In this document: positions 39,217 to 52,874 of the stretch, one piece after another
How positions within the stretch are numbered: the first letter of the stretch is position 1
How the letters are laid out: the number at the start of each line of letters is the position of its first letter
Assembly: GCA_951406725.2 (NCBI GenBank)
Contig: OX597833.1
Coordinates: 57,412,001-57,476,000, forward strand
Reading direction: 5' to 3'
Length of the DNA stretch: 64,000 nt
Source of the DNA: Octopus vulgaris
Taxonomy: Eukaryota
Notes under the pieces: generated by a model
Databases searched by the model: none
The model's input: the letters and a program-made list of their open reading frames with translations, nothing else
What the model was told of the DNA's origin: nothing
Position numbers and translations under genes: made by a program

Positions 39217-39423
39217 CCCTTTCGTTACTGTATTTATTTTGAGATGCTCTGTGTTTCTTTCAATTACTTTAAATATAACAAAAAATTTCATAAAATAACT
39301 TGGTTATCATTCAGCTAGTGTTAGGAAGATAAACTGTGACTAAGGTTTAATTCAAAACTTATGAAAACAAGACATTTGTACTCAGTACCAGGGCCAGTTT
39401 CAGCAGGGTTGGTAACAAAAGGG
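39217..39423. mobile_element. piggyBac-type MITE
   Basis: TIRs CCCTTTCGTTAC and GTAACAAAAGGG; right flank TTAA, left flank TTAG. Reverse copy at 46087-46307. Confidence 0.8.
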
Positions 39424-39506
39424 TTAAATATTGGCTTGTTTATAAAACGTCTTGTAGTTCTCTAAAAGACCCTCTGATAGTCCATGAGCTCAGGGGTCAT
39501 GGTGAA

Positions 39507-39548
<42 letters not shown>

Positions 39549-40231
39549 TATCTAGTTCGTTAAGTACTTTTGATACCAAACAGTGCATCAAGACATCAAG
39601 AAGAGCCCTTCTTACATACAATGAAGGGCAATAGATCTAATATAGGTGAGGGCAAAGCTGCTGGAGGAAGAGAAGGGGGAGACGTGTGACAAGGTGTGGA
39701 AACAGCAGAACAAAGGAATGACTCTGCTGTTCTGCTTCTTGTTTAAAGCTTTCTATGACTCAGGTGCTTTTCTGTGAGGGTGGGGTGCGGAACAAACAAA
39801 CAAAACAGAAAACATTTTACTGTGGCAGCTTTGAAATCAGTGAAAAGAGATCAACCAAAAGGAAAAATAGCTATTCACTATTTAGCCTTCCATGACTTTT
39901 TATGTCAAGACTGGTGGGAAGAGAAGAGAAGCAGTGGAGCATTAAAGAAGGGAGGAAGTGGAAATAAAAATCATAGTAAAGAGTGGAGTAAGGTTCATGA
40001 ATTTAGATTTGCTCAATGTTGCTGCTGTTGTTTAACCCCGAGTAAGCTAACCCTGATGATGAAAGTAGGCTACGATCGAAGTCATCACTCAATGGTAAAG
40101 ACGCTCCTTGTCATTTGGCTTCAGGTTTGATCATGCTGCATAATAAATACCTTGAGCAAGCATCTTCTAACAACAGCTTTGGGTTGTCCTTGCCCTTTGG
40201 AAGTTAACAGAGAGAAACTGCATGAAGCTTG

Positions 40232-40263
<32 letters not shown>

Positions 40264-40339
40264 TATAGGCTGAGGTTATTTCTTCATGGTAAAAAGTTCC
40301 ACATAGTTTCTCTACACCATTGCTCATATGAGTATTCAC

Positions 40340-40685
40340 GTGTTTATGTATGTTTTTATATATACATACATATACATACACATATACATACATATATATA
40401 CATATACATACATATACATACATATACATATATATATACATATACATACATATAGATATATATAGATATATATATATACACACATAAATATATATATATA
40501 CACATAAATATATATATACACACAAATATATATACACAAATATATATACACACAAATATATATACACAAATATATATGTATATATATATATATATATATA
40601 AAACACAAATATACACACACACATATACACAAATATATATATATATATAAACACAAACACATAAATATACACACACATATATATA
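40340..40685. repeat. Compound TA/CA microsatellite
   Basis: Direct inspection. Confidence 0.95.
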
Positions 40686-40687
40686 AA

Positions 40688-40940
40688 AGACCCCCTTCGG
40701 TCATGAATGACCATGGGATTGCACCTAGAAAGTTATCCTCCTAGACACAAGTCCGGGCAAGGTTGTTTATGGAAGGCCAGCAGTCGCCCATGCATACCAG
40801 CCTCCCCTCTCCACGCCACCAGTGTTATCCAAGGGAAAGACAAAGGTCGATACAGCTTGGCACCAGTGACGTCGCAGCTCATTTCTACAGCTGAGTGAAC
40901 TGGAGCAACGTGAAATAAAGTGCCTTGCTCGAGAACATAC
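40688..40940 (-). mobile_element. 5'-truncated CORE-like SINE related to SINE-E, with a different tail
   Basis: Reverse complement shares GAGCAAGGCACTTTATTTCACGTTGCTCCAGTTCACTCAGCTG with 31925-31975, then diverges. Confidence 0.65.
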
Positions 40941-41084
40941 ATAAATATATATATAGTGCATTTTATATGTTTGTTAATGTTGTTGTCATATCTATTATAT
41001 AGCTAACAAGGTTATGAAATAGCTACAAATGAATGGAATAAACATCTACTCTCTCGCTTCACTTCTCATACCTATTCTATATAT

Positions 41085-41115
<31 letters not shown>

Positions 41116-41465
41116 CATACATGCACATATACACACGAATATAGACAGACACACACACTATGTAACCGTTGAAAATTAAATGTTAAAATGACATGCATTC
41201 ACACAACATAATTGTATAACACACAATTAGATGCGCACCAAACATGACAATACACAAAACCTTCATACAAAACAAAACAAAAAAAAATAATACCTTGTAG
41301 TATCTACTTCACCCTGATTCTCACAGACACTCCCTTATCACTCGTTACTGGAAATACAGCAAACCACTGATTGACTCATTGGAAACCAATTAGCAATGCT
41401 TCTAGTTTTAACACAAAGAAGATCTATTCAATCTGTGACCATCCTATCATTTCTTCTTTATGTCA

Positions 41466-41680
41466 TTTTATTTTATTTTTTAATTTTTTTTATTTCGTCT
41501 AGTTTCAGCTCACGAGCTGTGGCCATGCTGGGGCACCGCCATTTGGTGTTGCTACATGATTTTACTTCACGAATGCTGTTTAGCAATTGACATTTGGTGC
41601 ATGAGAGAGTTTGGTGCAGCTGCCCTCATCTGCACCTCCTGTCGCAAAGTTGGTTCATCTGGGACACCTGACAGGATTTT
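41466..41680 (-). pseudogene. 3' end of a CR1-like LINE (ORF2 C-terminus plus 3' UTR)
   Basis: ILSGVPDEPTLRQEVQMRAAAPNSLMHQ resembles invertebrate CR1 ORF2 ends (VPD.P..RAA..NSL..Q). A short UTR with a hairpin and an A-rich tail follow. Confidence 0.7.
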
Positions 41681-42046
41681 CTCAATTTCTTTCTCCCCAC
41701 CACTTTTTTTGGGGGGGGGGGGACTTTCAAGAACAGGGTCCCTAGAACTACATTTTTTCAACCCTTTAGCATTCAGGTTATTCTTGTCAAATTTAATACT
41801 TTTTCATTCATATTGTTTTCAATTAATCATGCATTATTTTTTTTATTATTATTATTGCCCACAGGGGGCTAAACAGAGGGGACAAACAAGGACAGACAAA
41901 GGAATTAAGTCAATTACATCGACTCCAGTGCGTAACTGGTACTTATTTAATTGACATTGACCCCGAAAGGATGAAAGGCAAATTGAATGAACCCGAAATC
42001 ATGTGGTTGGTAAGCAAGCTACTTACCACAAAGCCACTCCTGCACC

Positions 42047-42347
<301 letters not shown>

Positions 42348-42685
42348 TGGAGTCTAGCCAACACCTGTCAAACTCTCCAATCCATGCCAGCACGGAAAAC
42401 GGCAGATAAACAATGACACGATGATGATGATATATGTTGTGTGCGTGTGTGTCCACCACCATTACTTGACAACTGCTGATGGTTTGTCTATGTCCCTGTA
42501 ACTTAGTGGTTCAGCCAAAGAGACTGATGGAATATGTATCAAGCTTATATATATATATATAAAAAAAAAAGATGGTTAGTATTGGGGTCACTTCATTTGA
42601 CTAAAATTCCCCAAGGTGGTGCTCCAGCATGGCCGCAGTCTAATGACTGAAGCAAGTAAAAGAATAAATAAATAAATGAATAAAT

Positions 42686-42750
42686 GCGCAATCGGTTACC
42701 GCGTTCAGCTGTTAACCGAAAGGTTGGTGGTTCATGCCCACCTGGGGACG
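42686..42750 (+). pseudogene. tRNA-Asn(GTT) pseudogene, 5'-truncated
   Basis: GCGCAATCGGTTACCGCGTTCAGCTGTTAACCGAAAGGTTGGTGGTTCATGCCCACCTGGGGACG matches eukaryotic tRNA-Asn from the D arm on. The 5' acceptor strand is missing and the T-loop is mutated. Confidence 0.85.
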
Positions 42751-43649
42751 AACAAACATTATTTAAAATGGCGGTGCCCCAGCATGGCCACAGCTTGTGA
42801 GCTGAAACTAGATGAAATAAAAAATAAAATAGGCATTTTTTTTATATTCTCTGAAACAAAATATATTTTTAACACATCCCAGACCATAAATTCTGTATAC
42901 TGGTCCAGACATGCTCATTATCTTCTCCAGTTTCTTTGCGGGGGTACTTTTTATAGCATTTTAGAAGAGGAGAGGCCTAACAGCCTCTTCGCTCAGCGCA
43001 ATCAACTCTCCTCTTCTTCTTGGAGTAAAGGAACAGGGCATGGCATCTCTTGTGGCTCTCTCATAGCACAGAATAGCTGGTTGAGAGAGAGAGGGAGAGA
43101 GAGAGAGGGGGAGAGAAAGAGAGAGATGAAGGGGTTAGACAGGAAAGGGAGAGAGAAACGAAAGTGGGAGAGACGGAGGGGAGAGATGGAAGGGAGAGGA
43201 AGAGAAAGAGCTGAGGGAGAGGGAGAGAGCTGAAGAGAGAGAGAGAGAGGGAGAGCTGAAGAGAGAGAGGGAGGAGGAGAGAGGAGAAGCTGAAGAGAGG
43301 GGGAGCGCGAGCTGAAGAGAGGGAGAGCGCGAGCTGAAGAGAGGGAGAGAGAGAGATGAAGAAAGGGATATAGAGAGATGAAGAGATGAAGAGAGGGAGA
43401 TAGAGAAATGAAGAGAGGAGTAAGAAGATAGAAGATGGATGAAGAAGAAGAGGGGGAAAGGATTGGTAACAGTATTTGGAAGGCACTTTAACAATCCTGG
43501 AAGGATGAAAGGCAGATATGAACCTTGGTGAGATTTGAACCCAGAATGTAAAGAGCTGGAACAAACTACTGCAAGGCATTTTGTCCGATGATCTAACAAT
43601 TCTACCAACTGATGACCTTTCTGTACCGAGAAAGAAGAGAGTAAAACAT

Positions 43650-43813
43650 GGTGTGTGTCTGTATGTGTGTGTGTGTGTGTGTGTGTGTGAGTGTGTGTAT
43701 GTGTGTTTGTGAGTGTTGTGTGAGTGTGTGTGTGTGATTGAGTGTGTGTGAGTGTGTGTGCGAGTGTGTGTGTGAGTGTGTGTGTGTGTGTGAGTGTGTG
43801 TGAGTGAGTGTAT

Positions 43814-43905
<92 letters not shown>

Positions 43906-44130
43906 GTGCGTGTATGTGTGTGTGTGTGTGATTGAGTGTGCGTGTGTGTGATTGAGTGTGCGTGTGTGTGATTGAGTGTGCGTGATTGAGTGTGCGTGTG
44001 TGTGATTGAGTGTGCGTGTGTGTGATTGAGTGTGCGTGTGTGTGATTGAGTATGCGTGTGTGTGATTGAGTGTGCATGTGTGTGATTGAGTGTGTGTGTG
44101 TGTGATTGAGTGTGTGTGTGATTGAGTGCA
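43650..44130. repeat. (TG)n tract grading into the 20-bp minisatellite GATTGAGTGTGCGTGTGTGT
   Basis: Direct inspection. Confidence 0.9.
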
Positions 44131-45204
44131 TGCACAGTTGTGTGTGCGGGTGAAAGAGATGAGAGCATGGCGTGAGAACTTAAGATTAGTGTCAGAAAGA
44201 ATAAGGAAGAGGTAAAGTGACAAACAACGGTTGTATATAGAAGGAAGCAAGGGCTTTGTTCCTCTATGAAAATAGGGAGCAAACAACAGCAACAACAACA
44301 ACAAGGGTTTTCAGGTTATAACTTAGGGAGCAGTTTCATATGTACAAGGTGAGTTCTTTCTGCTTTCTGGGGGAGAGGGAGAGAAACAGACAGAGAGAAG
44401 AGAGGTACTGATCCCTATTTTTTTTTGGGGGGGGGGCTGAGGACAGCCTCCCTGCAGTCAGGGACAAATGGGAGGAGGTAAGGAAAGAAATGAATTACAG
44501 GGTTGTTAGGGCATAATAGAAACAAACAAACAAAAACAAATAAAATATATCAAGGCCTGGATGTAGAGAAAGCAAAAAAAACAAAAAAAAGGTGGGGGGT
44601 TGTCAATGAAAAAAAAAAAAAGGAGCAGTAATAGAGAAGCTCCCTTTTATTTAATTAGTATTTTTTTGTTAATATATATGCATTTTTTTTTTTTCATCTT
44701 CAGTCGTCGTTGCCCCGCATCACAGAATGGATGGGCAATGACGTACACCCGTTTGCTTAAAATGAAATAAAATAAAAATACAATTGAATATACTAAGAGA
44801 ATAACGAAAAAAAAATCAACTTGTGACATAACGTCTTAAGTAAACTTCTTTTGACTTTGGTTGATTTCGGAAGAAAGAAGGAGAAAAATGTAAAAAAAAA
44901 AAAAAGAATTTTAATCAATGAGAAAGATGGTAACCGAAAGAGCAGATGGTTTTTTTGGATGCGACAGGCATCATGCTAACAAATTTGAGAACTTATTGTA
45001 ATAGAAAACACATATTCAACATGGGGCATCCACCCTATCAATAGGATACCAAATGTCATGTTAGCTATTTGTCATGCTAGAAAACAGAGTTAAAGACAAG
45101 CAGGACTTCTGAAAAGAAGGCTGGCTGGCTGGTTGGCTGTCAGTGTAACCACACTGCATGCCATCTTGGCAAGTGGCGCCTACTATAGAATTTGTAAACC
45201 TTTA

Positions 45205-45558
45205 TTCTTTTATTAGTTTGTCATTTGACTGTGGCCATGCTGGAGCACTGCCTTTAATTGAACAAATCGACCGAAGAACTTATTCTTTATACCGCCTAGT
45301 ATTTATTCTATCGGTCTCTTTTGCCAAACTTATGGGGATGTAAACACACCAACATCGGTTGTCAAGCAATGGTGGGGGGGGGGACACAAACACAGACATA
45401 CACACATGGGCTCCTTTCAGTTTCCGTCTACCAAATCCACTCACAAGGCCTTGGTGAGCCTGAGGCTATAGTAGAAGACACTTGCCCAAGGTGCTATGCA
45501 GTGGGACTGAACCTGGAACCATGTGGTTGGTAAGCAAGCTACTTACCGCACAGCCACT
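45205..45558 (-). mobile_element. SINE-A, diverged copy
   Basis: Reverse-complement consensus match. Confidence 0.8.
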
Positions 45559-46086
45559 GTAGATGTTATTGTAGATTGGTATTTACTTTATCAAGCCAGA
45601 TGGATGAACAGCAAATGATACATGCATATATAAAACACATGTATATATGTAATACATTAGAAGAAAATAAACTTTACAGTAGAATTTACTTATTCAGCTG
45701 ATTCTAATAACCATTGAGATTCTTTCTTGTATTTATTTGAGCAATTGTGAGAACCAACGCATAGAAGTGTCACAGTGAATCATCAATGTGTGTGTGTGTG
45801 TGTTATAGACAAGATAAAGTTCTGGAGGAGCGAGAGGTGAATATATTTATTTAGCCCCTAGACATCCTGTAGGATTACAGCCGGTTTTGAATTGAAGCAT
45901 TGACGCATCCATGATACTCAGATGATCTGAAAAACAAAGCCACTGTATTATCTGCATTGATTTGTTACTGTACAATGTCCAGCATGTATATTAGTGTGGA
46001 CATGTAAAATAATTTATTAAACACTGAAATTATTGCATGATAAAGGTTGTGAAACAGCTGTACTCCTAAGGATGTCAAGTGCTTAA

Positions 46087-46307
46087 CCCTTTCGTTACCA
46101 ACCTGGCTGAAACTGGCTCTGGCTCTGTAGTACAAATGTCTTGTTTGTATAAGTTTTGAATTAAAATCTTCCAATAAACCTTAGTCACAATTTATGTTCC
46201 TAACACTAGCTTAATGATAACTAAGTTATTTTTCTAAGTTCATTGTTATATTTAAAATAGTTGAAAGATACACAGAGCATCACAAAATAAATATGGTGAC
46301 AAAAGGG
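46087..46307. mobile_element. piggyBac-type MITE
   Basis: TTAA|CCCTTTCGTTACC..GGTGACAAAAGGG|TTAA. Confidence 0.85.
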
Positions 46308-46584
46308 TTAAATAAATATAGTCACCTCTCATATTTCTCAACATTGTATGGTTTATATATGCCTCATGAAATAATTTCATAGATTGGATCTCTTGGATTT
46401 CAGCTGCATGGAACTCTACATTACTATGTAGAATGGTAGCCAGATCCACTACAGGAGCTTTCTGTGATTGCCACAGGTTCTTTGAATCCATATATATTGC
46501 ACTAATATATATGCGGGGTGGCGTCATTTGAAGGCCAAAACAATATATATATATATATATGTTGCTATATATATATATATATAT

Positions 46585-46883
46585 ATCACCGTGACTGACC
46601 AGGCTATCAGATGTTGCTACACATCGCTGGTCACAATGCGCTTTGCATTGTTTTAGCCTTTGCATGACGCCACCCCACTGGCTAAGCAAGCAGGCCAACA
46701 GAAGAAGGAGTGGGAGAAAGAGTGGTGAAAGAGTACAGCAGGGATCACCACCCCCTGCCGGAGCGTCGTGGAGGTTTTTAGGTTTTTCGCTCAATAAACA
46801 CTCACAACGCCTGGTCTGGGAATCGAAACCGCGATCCTACGACCGCGAATCCACTGCCCTCACCACTGGGCCATTGCGCCTCC
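46585..46883 (-). mobile_element. SINE-C short-tail form
   Basis: Highly similar to 6506-6802; lies within a (TA)n tract. Confidence 0.85.
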
Positions 46884-47078
46884 ATATATATATATATATT
46901 ACAAAATTAGAAAATGGAGAAACATACTTAAATCAATAAAACATCAACTATCAGATGATACCCAATCAATACTTTATTACACCATTACATATCAGTAAAG
47001 GCATTATACAAAATATACAGTAAATGTAAATAGACAAAGAGATATAAGTATAAAATTTCAAATATAATATGTAATTAA

Positions 47079-47119
<41 letters not shown>

Positions 47120-47659
47120 AACAAATATTAACTCAGAATCTAATGTGCTACAGTCCCAAATTTTAATGTTTAAACATGTCATATCCCACCTAAATATTCT
47201 GCCAGATTTATGTTTGAACTGGCCACTTCCGGCCTCTTACAACAACTCTACAATGTCACTGTAGAGATAAACAATCCTACCCTTGAAATCTTGAAGCTAC
47301 AAGATAATGCATGATTAATTCAGAACAATCTGAATAAACAAGCATTACAATTAAGAGAGTAATCTGAAAACCTAAAGGTTAAGACTGCAGGGACTTTCAT
47401 ATAGTGGAAGTCAACCAGATAAGGAGGACTTGGGTACTTGGTAACTTAGTAATCTCTAGTACCCGCCTTTACATTAATCTTATCCAGAGAGAATTTCCTT
47501 AGAGACAGACCAATGTCCTAAATCTTAGCTCTTCTAACTTATCTCAGCTACTTCAAATTTGCACATGTGCAGTGGTGCTGTCTGCATATTTGTCCATGCA
47601 TGCTCACATGCATATCCATGTGCATTGTGTATGTATTGCACGTGGTTGGTGTGTGTTTG

Positions 47660-47705
<46 letters not shown>

Positions 47706-47755
47706 ATTAGCTACTACACGCTTTTTTTTTCTCTCCTTGTTTTTTTTTCTGTGCA

Positions 47756-47793
47756 TCTTTCTGTGGAAGAGTGTAGGCTCGAAATGTAAAAGA
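47756..47793 (+). ncRNA. Third copy of the variant hammerhead-like fold, in a repeat at ~47708-47870
   Basis: TCTTT-CTGTGGA-A-GAGT-GTAG-GCTC-GAAA-TG-TA-AAAGA, flanked by (TA)n. Confidence 0.55.
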
Positions 47794-47861
47794 CTTTTCT
47801 ATTCCTGAGCGGTATACTACTATATTTGTTTGTTTGTACACCACCTGCTTTCGTCTTTTGT

Positions 47862-47914
<53 letters not shown>

Positions 47915-48005
47915 TGAGTACAGCAAAAATTTAGATTCAGATGAATATGGTACTTAAGTTGAGGCACCAGAATTTATCCATACAATTTTAAAGTAAGGTG
48001 ATTAA

Positions 48006-48071
48006 AATCAAAATAAACAACAAGGATATCCAGAGGATATCCTCTGGGTATCCTTGTTGTTTATTTTGATT
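48006..48071. repeat. 66-bp spacerless palindrome
   Basis: 33-bp arms with one mismatch; centre GGAT|ATCC. Confidence 0.95.
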
Positions 48072-48165
48072 ATATATATATATATATATATATATATCTT
48101 AAAATCAGTGATTTTTCTAACATTTCTCATATATATATATCATCATCATCATCGTTTAATGTCCG

Positions 48166-48211
<46 letters not shown>

Positions 48212-48357
48212 TATTGGTATGTGTTTATATATATATATATATATGTTAAATGAGAAGAATGAGAGCTCAACACTAATTATATATATATTTATTTATTTGT
48301 ATGTGTCTGCACATACATGTTTATATGCATATATAAATACATATATATATACATACA

Positions 48358-48389
<32 letters not shown>

Positions 48390-48831
48390 CATACATACAT
48401 ACATACATACATACATACACATACATATACACACACACATGCATATATACCCAAGGATGTGCATTGTGAGTGCACGTGTAAACATGTGCACACATGCATG
48501 AGTGTCAGTGCGACGAAGCCAACGGTCAAAATAATTGACAAGTGATGTGAAGGAGTCAAGTTGAAGACGACAGACACCTACCCGCCTCGCTCCAACCCCC
48601 ACCCCTACCCACTTCCGCCCCATACCTCCCACACATGCCACCCCCTTCGCTTCTTGCACTTTCGGAACAGACGCGACAGGAAATATAAAGATGAGGCTGG
48701 ATGCAGTGGAAAGCCTTCTAAGTAACCACTCTCCCCCTACTGAATGCAATATCCATTCAAACGCATGTGTTTGTACATGTGCATGTGATGAACATACACA
48801 CACACACAAAAGACATTTGTGTACGTGTGTG

Positions 48832-48879
<48 letters not shown>

Positions 48880-49774
48880 TATATATATATACATATATAC
48901 ACACATATATACACATATATACACACATACACATACTTATTTATATATACACAGAAAAACAGATATACAGACACACATACATGTACACATATATACATAG
49001 ACGCAACCCCCACCACCACAACACACATACATATATACACAAAAACGTGTGTATGCGTTTGTATACATTTAATGGTGACATTTGAGCAGAAGCTAAAAAA
49101 AATTTTCTTTAATGATAAAAAAAACTAAGTTTCATTCAAGTGTGCAGCAATTAGATTTTTCTTCCCTTGCATAATGCACACTGACAAGCACATTTAACAA
49201 GAATAAACTGCATTAGAAATAAAAAAACAAAGAAAAGCATCCAAGTTCCTTCAATTTGAAGGAGGATACTTCTGGTTCCAGTCATCAAATATTTATTTTT
49301 TCTGTTGCAGTTTATTGTAGCTCTGAGTTTGTAGACATGGCTTTGTGGTTAAGAAGTTTGCATATTTTCTTTTCTTCTTTTTTTTTTACTTGCTTTCAGT
49401 CATTGGACTGCAGCCATGCTGGAGCACTGCCTTAAAGAGATTTAGTCGAACAAATCAATCCACCCCTGGACTTATTTTGTTTTTATTTTTTTTAAAGCCT
49501 GGTACATTTTCTATCAGCCTAAACTGCTAAGTTACAGGGACATAAACAAACCAACACTGGTTGTCCAAGCAGGTGTACGGGTCAAACAGACACATACATG
49601 ATGGCTTCTACACGGTTTCCATTTACCAAATTACCTCACAAGGCATTGGTTGGCCCAGGGTCATAGTAGAAGACACTTGCCCAATGTGCCACACAGTGGG
49701 ACTGAACCTGAAGTCATGTGGTTGCAAAGTGAGCTTCTTAACCACACAGCCATACCAGCTTGTGAGTTGATGTG

Positions 49775-50275
49775 ATCAACTATCCCCCAAAAAATTTCAG
49801 ACCTTGTGCCAATAATAGAAAGGATTATTATTATTATTATTATCATTATTATTATTAAGGCAGCAAGCTGGCAAAATGCTTAGTGGTGTTTCATCCTTCT
49901 TTATGTTCTGAGTTCAAATTACACTGAGGCCAACTTTACGTCTTATTGTTCTAGGGTCGATAAAATAAGTACCAGTCATGTATTGGGGTCAATGTAATCA
50001 ACTAACATGCCCTTAAAATTTCGGGCCTTGTGTCTATAACAAAAGATTATCATTATTATTATGATTAGGTGCAGGAGTGGTTGTGTGGTAAGTAGCTTGC
50101 TTACCAACCACATGGTTCTGGGTTCAGTCCCACTGCATAGCACCTTGGGCAAGTGTTTTCTACTATAGCCCCAGGGTCGATAAAATAAGTACCAGTTGAG
50201 TACTGGGGTTGATGTAATCAACTAGTCCCCTCACCCAAAATTTCAGGATTTGTGCCTATAGTTGAAAGGATTATT
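49775..50275 (+). mobile_element. Cluster of SINE-B fragments with an alternative (ATT)n tail, plus a SINE-A head
   Basis: GGGTCGATAAAATAAGTACCAG domain followed by AAAATTTCAGG..TTGTGCCTATA..AGGATTATTATT. SINE-A head at 50068-50170. Confidence 0.7.
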
Positions 50276-52567
50276 ATTATTATTATTGAGAGAGCAGAGC
50301 AAGCCATCAGATGGACATTGGGGTAAAATATACGAAGCACAGTATACCCATCCTGACTACCTGTCTGATAAGGGTACACTAGGCATGTGCATCACAATCA
50401 TATGTGCGCGACATGGTGATCTCATATCAAAATAAACAGCACATGACCTTACAGGTGGGGTCCAGTGAGAATTTTCTTCTGGTCGACTAACCCATTCTGC
50501 TTAAAAGGTCCTTGAATAAGGGTTGTTTAAGGATGCTGAATGAAACACCCATGTTTCCAGAGGTGAATTATCCAAACCCAAAAGAATTCCTCTCAACATA
50601 TGGCTATGATGCTCCCCCACTACTTTTGCTCGTGATCGGAGATGCACATATCGTCAGCCACCAAAGGACATGCTCAACTGGTTACGGTCAAACAACTGAC
50701 AAGCAAATCTGTGGTATTGAGCAGAATATTTGCTGTAGCCCATCTTTTATACCAAGACAAAACAATGTACATCATAGGACTTACAATCAGTTAAGACGAG
50801 AAGCCATGAAAGCAACTGCCTGGTACTGCATCAGGGCATTTATTATTATTATTATTACTATTATTATTAAGGTGCTCAACTATCAGGATCATTGGTGTGT
50901 CAAACGAAATGTTTAATGGCTTTCCTTCTGGCCCTCTACGTTCAGAGTTCAGATTACGTCGGGGGTCAACTTAGCCCTTTCATCCTTTTGGAGTTGATAA
51001 AATAAGTTTAGCAATAAAGGCGGTGCTCCAGCATGGCCGCAGTCAAATATGACTGAAACATGTAAAAGAGTAAAAGAGTAATAGTTGATCAGCTGTTGCA
51101 GAGGTTGCTGGCTGGCTGGTTGGATGGCTGGCCATTTGGAAAGAGGGAAGTGGGAGGAGAGAAGAAGAGGAAGAGGTGGATGAGGTTTGTTTAAAGATAT
51201 GTTGTTGACTGACTGACTGACAGTGTACGCGCGTGCGCACAATGATTTCTGGAAATTCGATGAAAAAAAGAAGTGACAAGCAACTTCTTTCTCTTTCGTT
51301 CTTTTATATATATAAAAAAAAAAAGAAATATTGCAAATAAGCCTGTAATGATATTTCAATTTTAATAATGAATGGATACTTAAGAATGAATCCATAAATG
51401 GATAAATAAATAAAGTTCGGTTTGTAAGTGATAGAGAGAGAAAAATGGAAAAGAAAAATTACTATAAAGACTATAAAAACAACCATAACGATGAGAATTT
51501 ATATTGAAAAAATATATAAAAACGTATATTTAAATCAAAATAAAATAAAAATTTAAAAAAGCAAAACGGGAATAATGCACCATAAAAATGTCAAAGTAAT
51601 ATTGTAAATTTAAAAGGAAAGATGGCAGGAAAACGAAGAACTGAATAATAGAGGTCCCTTTTCTGCCATTAAATACACACACGCGCGCTTACCACCACAC
51701 ATGAGATGCAAAATACAAACACACAATTTCGTACAATGGCACATTTTCAAAACGTACACATACGCGCTTATATACACATACATACAGACGTGTCTACATG
51801 CACGCACACATATGTTCATATAAACACATACACACACACACACACATACAAATAGAAGCATCATCCAGTGTGTCTCGCCCTCCCTCCCCCAATCATTCTT
51901 CTTCCTCCTCCTGTTGTAATAGAATGAAGCTAGATTAAACCGTGATCTCATTCATTTAAAATCATAAACGATATTTTACGGAGCTGTAAGAATCTGGCTG
52001 GCTGCCTGCCTGTCTGTTCATCTTCCACCCTCACCTTTCTCTCTCTCTCTCTCACTTTCTCTCTCGCTGTGTTCCTCAGACACACGTATTATACTTCTTT
52101 TCTCATGTCTCCAGGTAGACTGAGCAATGTGGAATTGTGGTGGTGGGGGTTACAGATTAGTAGAAAGCGATTTGTAGACGAAGTGTATGTGTGTGTGTGT
52201 GTGTGTGTACAGGGTGGTGTAGGATATTGCTGTCATTTCATTTAAGTCTTTTTTCCTTCCATAAATGTAATAAATATAGTTATTTCCAACACACACACAT
52301 ACTAAAAAAAAAAGCTATCAATATAATATTTAAAGACACTCCCAACACATACATATATACATAACGCAAATAAGCATAACGTCAATATATCTCAGAAACA
52401 GTTTTAAACACACACACATACATACATACATACATACATACACTATAAGTAAAGACACTTTCCGACATACATATATACAAAGAACATACACACAAATACA
52501 CAAGAGTTTCATATATAAAGACATAATAGACAGCATACATACACAAACATTGGTATAATATACAGAC

Positions 52568-52613
<46 letters not shown>

Positions 52614-52705
52614 AGTTACACACACACATTATCATCATCATCATCGTTATATCACAACCAATAAGTTAACACTCATCATTTCACATAAAAATTAGTTTCT
52701 CACAT

Positions 52706-52768
<63 letters not shown>

Positions 52769-52797
52769 GTATATATATATGTATGTATATATGTATG

Positions 52798-52874
<77 letters not shown>

